Of a stretch of DNA of 64,000 bases, positions 20,480 through 29,321 are shown in pieces. Position numbers and translations under genes: made by a program. Under the pieces are notes generated by a model. That model worked only from the letters and a program-made list of their open reading frames with translations. It was not told the origin of the DNA and made no database searches. The DNA is from an uncultured Gammaproteobacteria bacterium (GTDB lineage Bacteria; Patescibacteriota; Patescibacteriia; UBA2591; CAYTBZ01), in contig CAYTBZ010000002.1 in NCBI GenBank assembly GCA_964436275.1, forward strand, positions 13,660 to 77,659, in the 5' to 3' direction. Numbering within the stretch: the first letter of the stretch is position 1; each line of letters starts with the position of its first letter.

Positions 20480-20872
20480 ATGTCTAAAAGGATTTTAGCT
20501 GTTGATTATGGAGAAAAATTTATTGGCTTTGCTTTATCTGATAGAAGAAAAAAAATTGCTTTTCCTTATAAGATTGTTCAAAATAAAGGCAAGGAGTGTT
20601 TTTTAGAAGAAATAAGAAAAATTTGTCAAAAAGAAAAAATTGAAAAAATTATTTTTGGGTTGCCTATAGGCCTTTCAGGCAGAGAAACAAAACAAACGCA
20701 AAGGGTAAAAGTATTAGTTAACTATTTAAGCAAAAAAATAAATCTTCCTATTGAGTTGGTAGATGAAAGAATGAGTAGTAAAATTGTTCAGAAAACATTT
20801 TCTAAAAAGAGGAAAAGAATAGACAATTTATCAGCAACAATTATTTTGCAAAGTTATTTAGAAAAATATTAA
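20480..20872 (+). CDS. ruvX: YqgF/RuvX pre-16S rRNA nuclease
   Basis: ILAVDYGEKFIGFALSD, VDERMSS. Confidence 0.92.
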   Translation: MSKRILAVDYGEKFIGFALSDRRKKIAFPYKIVQNKGKECFLEEIRKICQKEKIEKIIFGLPIGLSGRETKQTQRVKVLVNYLSKKINLPIELVDERMSSKIVQKTFSKKRKRIDNLSATIILQSYLEKY

Positions 20873-20874
20873 TT

Positions 20875-21984
20875 ATGATTTATCTTCTTATCTTTATCTG
20901 TTCAACAATTCTTTCTTTTTTTCTTACTTTTTTAGTTAAGAATTTTGCTCAAAAAAGAAAAATACTTGATTATCCCGAAAGAGCGCCCCAAAGAAAAATT
21001 CATACTCGTCCTATTCCCTTATTAGGCGGTTTGGCTATCTTTTTCTCTTTTTTTATCATTTTGTTTATTCTTGGTCTTGTTAGGCCTTCTCTTTTTCAGG
21101 CTATTCCTCTAAAAAAAATTTTAGGAATATTTGTCGGAAGTATTTTTATTATGGTCGGAGGTTATTTAGATGACAAGTATAATCTCAAGCCCTCACAACA
21201 GATAATTTGGCCTATTTTGGCTGTTTTGACGGTGATTGCTGCTGGAATTGGAGTTGATTACGTAACTAATCCTTTTGGCGGAGTGATTCATTTAGATAAA
21301 TATAAATTTTTTCTTTTTTCTTTTCGGGGTATTCCTTATTATTTTACTTTATTTGCTGATATTTTTACCTTTGTTTGGTTAATGACAATTATTTACGCTA
21401 CTAAATTTTTGGATGGTTTAGACGGCTTAGTTTCTGGTTTAGGAGTAATTGGTGGGGTTATTATTGCTTTTCTTTGTCTTTTTACCAAATTTTTTCAACC
21501 AGAAGTTGCTCTTATTTCTTTAATTTTTTCCGGTGCTTGTTTGGGCTTTTTATTTCTTAATTTTCATCCAGCCAAGATATTTTTAGGAGAAGGGGGCTCG
21601 GTTTTTTGTGGTTTTATTCTAGGCAATTTAGCTATAATTTCTGGCGGAAAAATTGCTACTGCTCTTTTAGTTTTGGCTATCCCTATTTTAGATTTAATTT
21701 GGGTTATTATAAGGCGGATTTTTAAAGAAAAAAAAGCCCCTTGGTTAGCCGACAAAAAACATCTCCATTTTCGTTTATTAGATTTCGGTCTTTCTCATCG
21801 TCAGGCAGTTCTTTTTCTTTATTTGATTGCTTTATTTTTTGGTTTATTAACTCTTTTTTTAAAAAGTTGGCAAAAACTTATTACTCTTTTAGTTTTAATT
21901 TGTCTTGTTTTTTTCCTTTTTTGGCTAATCAATCATTCTCTAAAAAATAAAAATAAACAGATTTCTAATAAAAAGGCACCTTAA
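20875..21984 (+). CDS. WecA/TagO-type undecaprenyl-phosphate GlcNAc-1-P transferase (MraY family)
   Basis: RKIH..PIPLLGG, LDD, LDGLDGL, NFHPAKIFLG, ADKKHLHFRL. Confidence 0.9.
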   Translation: MIYLLIFICSTILSFFLTFLVKNFAQKRKILDYPERAPQRKIHTRPIPLLGGLAIFFSFFIILFILGLVRPSLFQAIPLKKILGIFVGSIFIMVGGYLDDKYNLKPSQQIIWPILAVLTVIAAGIGVDYVTNPFGGVIHLDKYKFFLFSFRGIPYYFTLFADIFTFVWLMTIIYATKFLDGLDGLVSGLGVIGGVIIAFLCLFTKFFQPEVALISLIFSGACLGFLFLNFHPAKIFLGEGGSVFCGFILGNLAIISGGKIATALLVLAIPILDLIWVIIRRIFKEKKAPWLADKKHLHFRLLDFGLSHRQAVLFLYLIALFFGLLTLFLKSWQKLITLLVLICLVFFLFWLINHSLKNKNKQISNKKAP

Positions 21985-21992
21985 TGGTGCCT
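21974..21992. terminator. Hairpin terminator between convergent genes
   Basis: AGGCACC-ttaat-GGTGCCT. Confidence 0.55.
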
Positions 21993-21999
21993 CTTAGTT

Positions 22000-22362
22000 T
22001 TATTTCTTATTTTTTAATTTTTCATAGCCTCGTTGATAGGCCCTTGCTTCCTCTTCTGAAGGAACTTTTAATCTAATGAGTTCTTCTTTAATTTGTTCTA
22101 CCTCTTCAACTGTGGCATTGTTGGCTACTGCCTCCTCGTATTGCTTTAATACCTCTTTCTGTTCTTTAGAAAGTTTTTCCTCCATTTTTCCTCCTTTTTG
22201 AATTAACTCTCTTTTTATCTTTTCAGTGAACTCAATAAGGAAATTCGCTGGCATACCCGTTTTAGCGAGTTTTCTTTTCCATTTACATTCTTCCACTTTG
22301 TCGTTTCTGATTATTGCTTCTGTAAGTTTAATGAGCAATCTCTGTTGGTTCCGGTTTAGCAT
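22000..22362 (-). CDS. Hypothetical protein made of two homologous ~60-aa halves; internal SD+ATG at 22185
   Basis: SD AGGAGGG before 22362 and AGGAGG before 22185; halves align (L..Q..L....EA...N..VEE...K..L....P). Confidence 0.65.
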   Translation of the reverse strand: MLNRNQQRLLIKLTEAIIRNDKVEECKWKRKLAKTGMPANFLIEFTEKIKRELIQKGGKMEEKLSKEQKEVLKQYEEAVANNATVEEVEQIKEELIRLKVPSEEEARAYQRGYEKLKNKK

Positions 22363-22411
22363 TTTCCCTCCTTTTCCTTTTAAGGTTTAACTTTAATCTA
22401 CCTTTTTGTTA

Positions 22412-22471
22412 AATTTATCAAATAAAAATTTTCTGTCAATCATTGACAGTTTTTGGATAATTATTTAAAAT
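22412..22471. promoter_or_regulatory. Back-to-back divergent promoters (orphan gene / rplU)
   Basis: CTGTCAATCATTGACAG gives TTGACA on both strands; + strand TTGACA-17 bp-TAAAAT before rplU. Confidence 0.6.
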
Positions 22472-22499
22472 TTTATCATTAAAACCTAATTTAATTTTT

Positions 22500-22823
22500 A
22501 TGAAAATTGCTGTTATTAAAACTGGAGGAAAACAGTATTTAGTCAAAAAAGGCGATGTTGTTAAAATTGAGAAGATAAAGAACAAAAAAGAAGGTGAAGA
22601 GCTTGAAATCAAAGAAGTTTTACTAATAAGTGATGAGAAAGGAGAGAAATTTCAGATAGGAACTCCTTTTATTTCCGGAGCAAAAGTGTTGGTTAAGATA
22701 ATCGAAGAAGGGCGCGATAAGAAAATTAAAGTAGTTAAATATCGTCCAAAAACGCGGTATAGCAAGGTCCAGGGGCACCGCCAGAATTATATGAAAATCC
22801 AAATTAAAGACATTATTGTTTAA
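22500..22823 (+). CDS. rplU: 50S ribosomal protein L21
   Basis: AVIKTGGKQY, GHRQ. Confidence 0.97.
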   Translation: MKIAVIKTGGKQYLVKKGDVVKIEKIKNKKEGEELEIKEVLLISDEKGEKFQIGTPFISGAKVLVKIIEEGRDKKIKVVKYRPKTRYSKVQGHRQNYMKIQIKDIIV

Positions 22824-22845
22824 AGATAATTCTTTAATAAAAATG

Positions 22846-22865
22846 GTCCTCAAATGAGGACCTTT
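22846..22865. terminator. Terminator between rplU and convergent orphan gene
   Basis: GGTCCTCA-aa-TGAGGACC + T. Confidence 0.6.
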
Positions 22866-22870
22866 ATTTT

Positions 22871-23107
22871 TTAATTATTTTCGCTGATGATTTTTATTTT
22901 CTCCTTTCTCCTTTCCTCTTCTGCTTTTTTCTCAGCAATTTTAGATGCTTCATCTGCTCGGAAAAAGTAATAGCAATAAAAGACAAGGCCAAAACCGACC
23001 CAGAAAACTACTTGTCCTGTTAAAAGAGCAAGGATTTCAAAAGTCAGAGTAAGGATGAGTAGAATGAGATAATATTTTTCCTTATCTCTTTTACCTTTTT
23101 TGGACAA
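22871..23107 (-). CDS. Small 2-TM hypothetical membrane protein
   Basis: TTG start with AAGGAGGT SD; two hydrophobic helices then a charged tail. Confidence 0.65.
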   Translation of the reverse strand: MSKKGKRDKEKYYLILLILTLTFEILALLTGQVVFWVGFGLVFYCYYFFRADEASKIAEKKAEEERRKEKIKIISENN

Positions 23108-23125
23108 TTTTACCTCCTTCTTAGT

Positions 23126-23740
23126 TTAAAGAACCTTTTTTCTTTCTTTTATTGCATTAGTTAAAGTAACCGGATCAGCGTATTCTAAACTTCCGCCCAA
23201 AGGCAAACCGCGGGCTAAACGGGTAAATTTTATTTTATTTTTATATTTTTTAAAAATTTTTAACAAATAAAGAATTGTCGTCTCACCAGCCATATCAGGA
23301 TTAAAAGCAAAGACAATTTCTTTGATGGCAGGCCTGCTTTTTTCTATTCGAGAAATCAATTTTTTAAGTCGTAATTTATTCAAATTCCTATTTTTTAGGG
23401 GATCAACAACTCCTCCTAAAACAAAATAAACACCTTTATATTCTCCAGTTTTTTCTATGGCTAAAAGTTCCTGAGGGCTGCTGACTAAGCAGATAGTGGA
23501 ATGGTCTCTCTTGCTGTCATTGCAGATAGGACAGGGTTTCTTTTCTACATAATTAAAACAAAGAGGACAAAGAGAAATTTTTGATTCAAGTTCTTTCAAA
23601 AGCGCTATTAATTTTTCTCTTGTTTCCTTTGGTTGTTCTAATAAGTAAAAAACAAATCGTTCAGCACCTTTTTGTCCGATATTAGGGAATTTAGTAAATT
23701 CAGCAATTAATTTTTGGATAGTTTTAGGATAAGTAACCAT
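23126..23740 (-). CDS. recR: Recombination mediator RecR
   Basis: HhH PNIGQKGAER, C4 Zn finger, Toprim domain, LARGLPLGGSLEYAD. Confidence 0.95.
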   Translation of the reverse strand: MVTYPKTIQKLIAEFTKFPNIGQKGAERFVFYLLEQPKETREKLIALLKELESKISLCPLCFNYVEKKPCPICNDSKRDHSTICLVSSPQELLAIEKTGEYKGVYFVLGGVVDPLKNRNLNKLRLKKLISRIEKSRPAIKEIVFAFNPDMAGETTILYLLKIFKKYKNKIKFTRLARGLPLGGSLEYADPVTLTNAIKERKKVL

Positions 23741-23745
23741 TTGTT

Positions 23746-25122
23746 TTATTTTTCAATACTTTCTGTCTCAGTTATTCTTTTTTCTAAATTTTTAAAACTT
23801 ACTTTTTCTGTATCAAAATAAAGTTGGATAACTCCAGTAGGACCATTTCGATGCTTAGCAATATAGATATCTGCAATATGTTTTTTCTCTGTATTTGGTT
23901 TATACATTTCCTCACGGTAAATAAAGAGAACAATGTCAGCATCTTGTTCAATTGAACCTGATTCTCTTAAGTCGGCTAATTTTGGAATTGGGGGGTTGCG
24001 CGATTCTACAGCCCGGGAAAGTTGAGAAACAGCCAAGACAGGGATATTTAACTCTCTGGCAATAGCCTTTAAAGCGCGTGATATTTGCGAAACTTCTTGA
24101 ACTCGGCTTTCCGAACTTCTTTTTTGCCCACTTTCCATTAATTGAAGGTAATCAACTATAAGGAGGCCAAGACCATGTTCAGCTTGGAGTCGTCTTGCTT
24201 TTGTTCTAATTTCCATTACATTAGCCGTGGCTGAGTCATCGATATAAATTGGGGCTTCAGAGAGAATACCCATTGCTTGGCCAATTTTAGTAAAGTCATT
24301 AACTTCTCCTTTATCAGAAAGATGACCAGTTCTCATTTTCCAAAGATCAACATCTGCTTGAGCACAAAGTAAGCGGTCAACTATTGATTCTTTAGACATT
24401 TCTAAACTAAAAATGCCTACAGGTATTTTAGAATTAACAGCAACTTGGCGAGCAATATCCAGGGCTAAACTACTTTTTCCCATTGAAGGGCGAGCGGCTA
24501 AAACAATAAGATCAGATTTTTGTAAACCGGCTAATTTATTATCTAAATCAATAAAATAAGTAGGAATTCCTCTTAATTTACCCGATTGTTTATGTAATTC
24601 GTCTATTCTATCAAAGGTCTCTGTAAGAACATTTTTAATTGAGACAAAAGATTGTTTTAAAAAGCGTTGTGAAACACTAAATAATTTTTGTTCTGCTTGG
24701 TCAAGAATTTTTGCCAAATCTTCAGTTTCTTGATAACCTAAATTAGTAATTTCTCCGGAGATTTGAATTAACTTTCGGAGCGTTGCTTTTTTTTGAACTA
24801 TTTGAGCATAAGAGAGAACATTACTTGCTGTAGGAACAGCATTGGCTAAACTTGCTAAATAACTTCTTCCTCCGATTAATTCTAACTGTCCCTTTTCTTT
24901 TAAACGGTTACTTAAACTGACAATGTCAACAGGTTCTCTTTTTTCATAAAGTTCAAGCATTGCTTCAAAAATTATTTGATGAGTATCTTTATAGAAATCC
25001 TCTGGTTTAATGATATCAGCGACACTGATAATGGCATCCTTATCAATTAAAAGCGCTCCAAGAACAGAGCGCTCTGCTTCAATATTTTGAGGAGGTAATT
25101 TTTCTATAGAATTTTCAGGCAT
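23746..25122 (-). CDS. dnaB: Replicative DNA helicase DnaB (no intein)
   Basis: AARPSMGKS, VDYLQL, SQLSR, DLRESGSIEQDAD, KHRNGP. Confidence 0.99.
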   Translation of the reverse strand: MPENSIEKLPPQNIEAERSVLGALLIDKDAIISVADIIKPEDFYKDTHQIIFEAMLELYEKREPVDIVSLSNRLKEKGQLELIGGRSYLASLANAVPTASNVLSYAQIVQKKATLRKLIQISGEITNLGYQETEDLAKILDQAEQKLFSVSQRFLKQSFVSIKNVLTETFDRIDELHKQSGKLRGIPTYFIDLDNKLAGLQKSDLIVLAARPSMGKSSLALDIARQVAVNSKIPVGIFSLEMSKESIVDRLLCAQADVDLWKMRTGHLSDKGEVNDFTKIGQAMGILSEAPIYIDDSATANVMEIRTKARRLQAEHGLGLLIVDYLQLMESGQKRSSESRVQEVSQISRALKAIARELNIPVLAVSQLSRAVESRNPPIPKLADLRESGSIEQDADIVLFIYREEMYKPNTEKKHIADIYIAKHRNGPTGVIQLYFDTEKVSFKNLEKRITETESIEK

Positions 25123-25147
25123 TTTTCTTTTTTATTTATTCTGGTAT

Positions 25148-25202
25148 ATCTTATCTTAATGATAAAATTTTATCAAGAGGAGTTTTACACAAATTGTCCA
25201 CT
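25148..25202 (-). promoter_or_regulatory. Putative dnaB promoter with overlapping palindrome and DnaA-box-like 9-mers
   Basis: Minus strand TTGATA-17 bp-TAAGAT; palindrome TGATAAAATTTTATCA 25160-25175; TTTTACACA 25183-25191 fits TTWTNCACA. Confidence 0.4.
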
Positions 25203-25257
25203 TTACCTATTGTTTTTTTAAAAAGGATTTAATATAATTTATTTAAACTTTGTCTAA

Positions 25258-25328
25258 GCCCCCGTAGCTCAATGGTAGAGCAGTGGCCTTTTAAGCCATT
25301 GATTAGGGTTCGATTCCCTACGGGGGTA
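25258..25328 (+). tRNA. tRNA-Lys (anticodon UUU), CCA not encoded
   Basis: Acceptor GCCCCCG/CGGGGGT, D arm GCTC/GAGC, anticodon arm GTGGC-CTTTTAA-GCCAT, T loop TTCGATT. Confidence 0.95.
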
Positions 25329-25350
25329 TTTTTTATGATATAATATAAAT

Positions 25351-28038
25351 ATGAATAAAAAATATTTATGGTACAATTTATCAGTAAAAAAGGTTTTGGA
25401 AATTCTAAAAACTAATGAGCAGGGTCTTTCTGATGAGGAAGCAAAGAAAAGGATAGCCAAGTTTGGACCAAATAAAATTCTTAGAGAAAAACCAATAGCC
25501 AAAAGCAAGATTTTTTTAAATCAATTTAGAAGTCCATTGGTTTATATTCTGTTCTTTGCTGGAATTATCTCTCTTATTTTAGGTGAAAATACTGATTCTT
25601 TTATTATTTTCTTAGCTTTGATTGTTAATGCCATTTTTGGTTTTTGGCAAGAAAATAAAAGTAGTCAAACATTAGAAAAACTTAAACATTTCTTAAAGAC
25701 AAAAATTACTGTCTTAAGAGAAGGGAAGTTAAAAGAAGTTTGGCAGGAGGAGATTGTTCCTGGTGATATCATAGTTTTTTATTCAGGGAACAAAATTCCT
25801 GCTGATATTCGTTTGATAGAAAGTCACAATCTTAAAGTGAGTCAAGCCGCCTTAACAGGAGAATGGCTGGCTGTAGATAAAAATAAAAATAAAATAGCCG
25901 AAGATACTCCCTTAGCCGAGAGAAGCAATATGATTTATGCTGGTTCTCTTATTGAAAGGGGTTGGGGTAAAGGAGTAGTGGTCGCAGTAGGTCAGGAAAG
26001 TGAGCTGGGAAAGATATCCTTAATGATTCAAAAAATAAAGGATGAAAAGACGCCTCTTCAAAAAAGAATGACTCGTTTTAGCAAGACAGTAGGAATATTT
26101 TTTGTTTTTATTTGTTTGGGAATTTTTTTAGGAGGAATTTTAAGAAAAACCGATGTTTTACAAATGTTTGAAACTTCAGTAGCCATTGCTGTAGGTGGTA
26201 TTCCTGAAGCATTACCAATTACCTTGACAGTGATTTTGGCTTTAGGAATGGAGAGAATTTTAAAAAAGGGAGGGCTGATTAAACAATTATCTTCAGTAGA
26301 AACTCTTGGTTCCACTTCTGTTATTTGTTGTGATAAAACTCTTACTTTAACCGAGGGGAAAATGTCCCTTACTAAAATTTTCAGTTTAGAAGGAAGTGCA
26401 TCCATAAAAAAAGTTAATTATTTGAAAGAAAAGAAATCCTTTTTCCTTGGTTTAAAAACTGCTGCCTTAGCTAATCAGGCCTATATAGAAAATCAAGAGG
26501 GGAATATAGAAGATTGGATTATTCGTGGAAGCCCTACAGATCAAGCGCTTCTTCGTGGTCCTTTGGAAGCCGGTTTACGGTTAGAAGAATTAACTCGAGA
26601 TTTAATTTTAATAGAGAGAATTGAATTTGAACCAACCTATAAATATCAGGCAGCGCTTTATCAAATTAAAGGGAAAGAAAATAAGTTTATTCTTTTTATT
26701 AGTGGAGAACCAGAAAAACTTTTAAGGTTGAGTAAAAATGTAGTTTATTCAAAGGGGGAGAAGAAGATTAAGGAGAAAGAGAAGCATTATTTTCAAAGAA
26801 AAATTACTGATTTAAGCAATCAGGGTTTAAGAATAGTTGGTTTGGCTTATAAAAAAATATCCTCATCTTCTTTGTCTGGCTTTTCTTCAGATAAAATAAG
26901 ATTATTAGTTAAAGATTTAACTTTTGTTGGACTTGTTTCTTTGGCAGATCCTTTAAGAAAGGGTGTCAAAGAGTCAATTAAGCTTTGTCAAGAGGCAGGG
27001 CTTACTTTAGTGATTGCTACTGGCGACCATAAGAACACAACTAGAGCTTTAGCTAGAGAACTTAATTATAAAGTAAAAGATAATGAAATACTTACAGGAG
27101 AACAATTAGATAAACTTTCAGATAAAGATTTATTAAGAATTGTCTCTAAAATAAAAATTTATGCCCGACTTGAGCCTCGTCATAAGATGAGAATTGTCTC
27201 TGCTTGGCAAAAGAAAGGTAAGGTTATTGCTATGACAGGAGATGGAATAAACGATGCTCCAGCCATTAAAAAGGCAGATATTGGCTTAGCGCTCGGTTCA
27301 GGAACCGAAGTTGCTAAAGAAGCTGCTGATCTTGTTCTTCTCAATGATAGTTTTTCTACGATTGTTCAAACAATAAAAGAGGGAAGAGTGATTATTGATA
27401 ATATCAGAAAATCAATTGCTTATGTTTTATCAGATTCCTTAACTTCAGTTGTTTTAGTTGGTTTTGCTCGAGTTATTTTTGGTTGGCCCCTTCCTATTCT
27501 TCCTGCCCAAATTCTTTGGAATAATTTTATAGAAGATACCTTGCCTAATCTCTCTTATGCTTTTGAACCGGCTGAAGGAGATGTAATGAAAAGGAAACCA
27601 GAACCGCCTCATCATTCTATTTTTACTAAAGAAATGAAGACGCTTATTTTCATTACTGGTTTAATTGATCAGTTTATCGCCTTATTTTTCTTTTGGGTTC
27701 TTTGGGGGTATTTAGGTCTTGGTTTGGACTATGTTAGAACAATGGTTTTCGGTCTTATTTCCTTGGATACGGCTTTTGTTATTTTTTCTTATAAAAATCT
27801 TCGTAAAAACATTTGGCAGATAAATCCTTTTTCCAATAAATTTCTCAATATTTCTTCTTTATTAGTTTTTGTTTTCTTCGCTTTGGCTGTTTATCTTCCT
27901 TTTTTACAAAAGGTCTTGCATACGGTGCCTCTTTTATTGAAGGATTGGCTAATTTTAATTATTTTTTCCTTAATAAGTGCTGGTCTTATTGAAATTACTA
28001 AATATTATTTTATTTCCCGACATTGTACAGAAGATTAG
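25351..28038 (+). CDS. Cation-transporting P-type ATPase (P2/Ca2+-like) with variant motifs
   Basis: IPADIR, LTGE, IPEALP, DKTLTLT, DPLR, TGDGINDAPA; 10 TM. Confidence 0.92.
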   Translation: MNKKYLWYNLSVKKVLEILKTNEQGLSDEEAKKRIAKFGPNKILREKPIAKSKIFLNQFRSPLVYILFFAGIISLILGENTDSFIIFLALIVNAIFGFWQENKSSQTLEKLKHFLKTKITVLREGKLKEVWQEEIVPGDIIVFYSGNKIPADIRLIESHNLKVSQAALTGEWLAVDKNKNKIAEDTPLAERSNMIYAGSLIERGWGKGVVVAVGQESELGKISLMIQKIKDEKTPLQKRMTRFSKTVGIFFVFICLGIFLGGILRKTDVLQMFETSVAIAVGGIPEALPITLTVILALGMERILKKGGLIKQLSSVETLGSTSVICCDKTLTLTEGKMSLTKIFSLEGSASIKKVNYLKEKKSFFLGLKTAALANQAYIENQEGNIEDWIIRGSPTDQALLRGPLEAGLRLEELTRDLILIERIEFEPTYKYQAALYQIKGKENKFILFISGEPEKLLRLSKNVVYSKGEKKIKEKEKHYFQRKITDLSNQGLRIVGLAYKKISSSSLSGFSSDKIRLLVKDLTFVGLVSLADPLRKGVKESIKLCQEAGLTLVIATGDHKNTTRALARELNYKVKDNEILTGEQLDKLSDKDLLRIVSKIKIYARLEPRHKMRIVSAWQKKGKVIAMTGDGINDAPAIKKADIGLALGSGTEVAKEAADLVLLNDSFSTIVQTIKEGRVIIDNIRKSIAYVLSDSLTSVVLVGFARVIFGWPLPILPAQILWNNFIEDTLPNLSYAFEPAEGDVMKRKPEPPHHSIFTKEMKTLIFITGLIDQFIALFFFWVLWGYLGLGLDYVRTMVFGLISLDTAFVIFSYKNLRKNIWQINPFSNKFLNISSLLVFVFFALAVYLPFLQKVLHTVPLLLKDWLILIIFSLISAGLIEITKYYFISRHCTED

Positions 28039-28075
28039 TTTTTATTTTTTGGTTTAAAAAATTGTGCTATAATTA

Positions 28076-28291
28076 ATGGCTAAAAGAAATTTTAAATTTT
28101 TCTATCTCCTTTCCTTAGCTTTACAATTAGGTTTTTTTATCGTCATTCCCTTGATAGGATTTTTGTTTCTGGGAATTTTTCTAGATAAAAAATTATCAAC
28201 TTCTCCTTTATTTACAATAATTTTATTTATTTTTGGTCTTAACTTTTTTAAGGGTCTGAACAATCGAGTAGTTATTTTAATTAAGGAATAG
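28076..28291 (+). CDS. AtpZ/AtpI (ATP synthase gene 1)-like small membrane protein
   Basis: LALQLGFFIVIP...LGIFLDKKL.TSPLF pattern. Confidence 0.65.
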   Translation: MAKRNFKFFYLLSLALQLGFFIVIPLIGFLFLGIFLDKKLSTSPLFTIILFIFGLNFFKGLNNRVVILIKE

Positions 28292-28294
28292 CCA

Positions 28295-29257
28295 ATGAGT
28301 ATAATTTTTATTTTTCAAATTCTTTTTTTTGTATTTTTTTGTTTCTTGTTAATTAAAAGCGCTTCTTTATTAATTAAAAGCGTTTCTAAAATTGCTGTTG
28401 CTTTTCACTTAACTGAATTTACCTTAAGTTTCCTTTTGGTTGCTTTTGCTACTTCTTTACCTGAACTTTTTGTTGGGATAAGTTCAGCAATCAATCAGAA
28501 ACCGCTTTTTTCTTTGGGTAATGTTTTGGGTTCTAATATTGCTGTTGTTACCTTAATTATTGGTTTAGCCGCTCTTTTCAGTCGGGGAATTAAAATAAAA
28601 AGTTTAATTATCCAAGAAAATCTTCTTTACTTTATTTTTATTCCTTTTTTTTCTCTCTTGATGTTTTTAGATGGAAGATTAACTCGTTTAGAAGGGGGGA
28701 TACTTTTGGTTCTCTTCTTTTTTTATTGTTTAGAACTATATTCTCGGGGAAGATCGTTTCGCAAAATTTTAGAAGAAGATAAAAAGAAAAATAAGAAAAG
28801 AATTCTTAGAGAATTTATATATTTCATTGTTGAAGTTGCTTTACTTCTGATTAGCGCCCATTTTATAGTTCTTTTAGGTGTTAGAATTGCTAAACAGATA
28901 AATATTCCCTTACTACTATTTAGTTTATTTTTTGTTGCTTTAGGGACAAGTTTACCTGAATTAATCTTTCAATTGAAAGCGGCAAGAAGCGGACATGAAG
29001 AGATGACCCTTGGTGATGTATCAGGATCAATAGTAATTAATTCTTCATTGGTTTTAGGGGTAACCGCTTTGATTAAGCCAATTATTCTGACTGATACCTC
29101 TCATTTTACTTTTAGTGCCATATTTATGATGGTTTCTCTTCTTTTATTTACTGTTTTTACTCGAACGAAAAAAGAATTGTCCTCTTGGGAAGGACTTTTT
29201 TTAATCTTCTTTTATCTTGTTTTTGTCTTCATTGAATTTTTAAAAGGAAAAATTTAA
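28295..29257 (+). CDS. Na+/Ca2+ (CaCA, YrbG-like) antiporter
   Basis: Two alpha repeats ATSLPE and GTSLPE; GNVLGSN. Confidence 0.9.
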   Translation: MSIIFIFQILFFVFFCFLLIKSASLLIKSVSKIAVAFHLTEFTLSFLLVAFATSLPELFVGISSAINQKPLFSLGNVLGSNIAVVTLIIGLAALFSRGIKIKSLIIQENLLYFIFIPFFSLLMFLDGRLTRLEGGILLVLFFFYCLELYSRGRSFRKILEEDKKKNKKRILREFIYFIVEVALLLISAHFIVLLGVRIAKQINIPLLLFSLFFVALGTSLPELIFQLKAARSGHEEMTLGDVSGSIVINSSLVLGVTALIKPIILTDTSHFTFSAIFMMVSLLLFTVFTRTKKELSSWEGLFLIFFYLVFVFIEFLKGKI

Positions 29258-29321
29258 TTTTATTTGGTAGTTTGTCTAAATTTTAGTAATGCGGTATAAT
29301 TTTTTTAGATAAAAAAGGATT

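Noticed and set aside
22433-22449. CTGTCAATCATTGACAG palindrome as a transcription-factor operator
   Set aside because: More simply explained as two back-to-back TTGACA -35 boxes of divergent promoters.
25269-25508. 79-aa minus-strand ORF
   Set aside because: Antisense to tRNA-Lys and the ATPase 5' end; PRRESNP is the typical reverse translation of a tRNA T-arm.
25258-29257. tRNA-Lys as an integration site for a genomic island
   Set aside because: No integrase and no duplicated tRNA 3' end were seen; downstream genes are ordinary transporters and synthetases.
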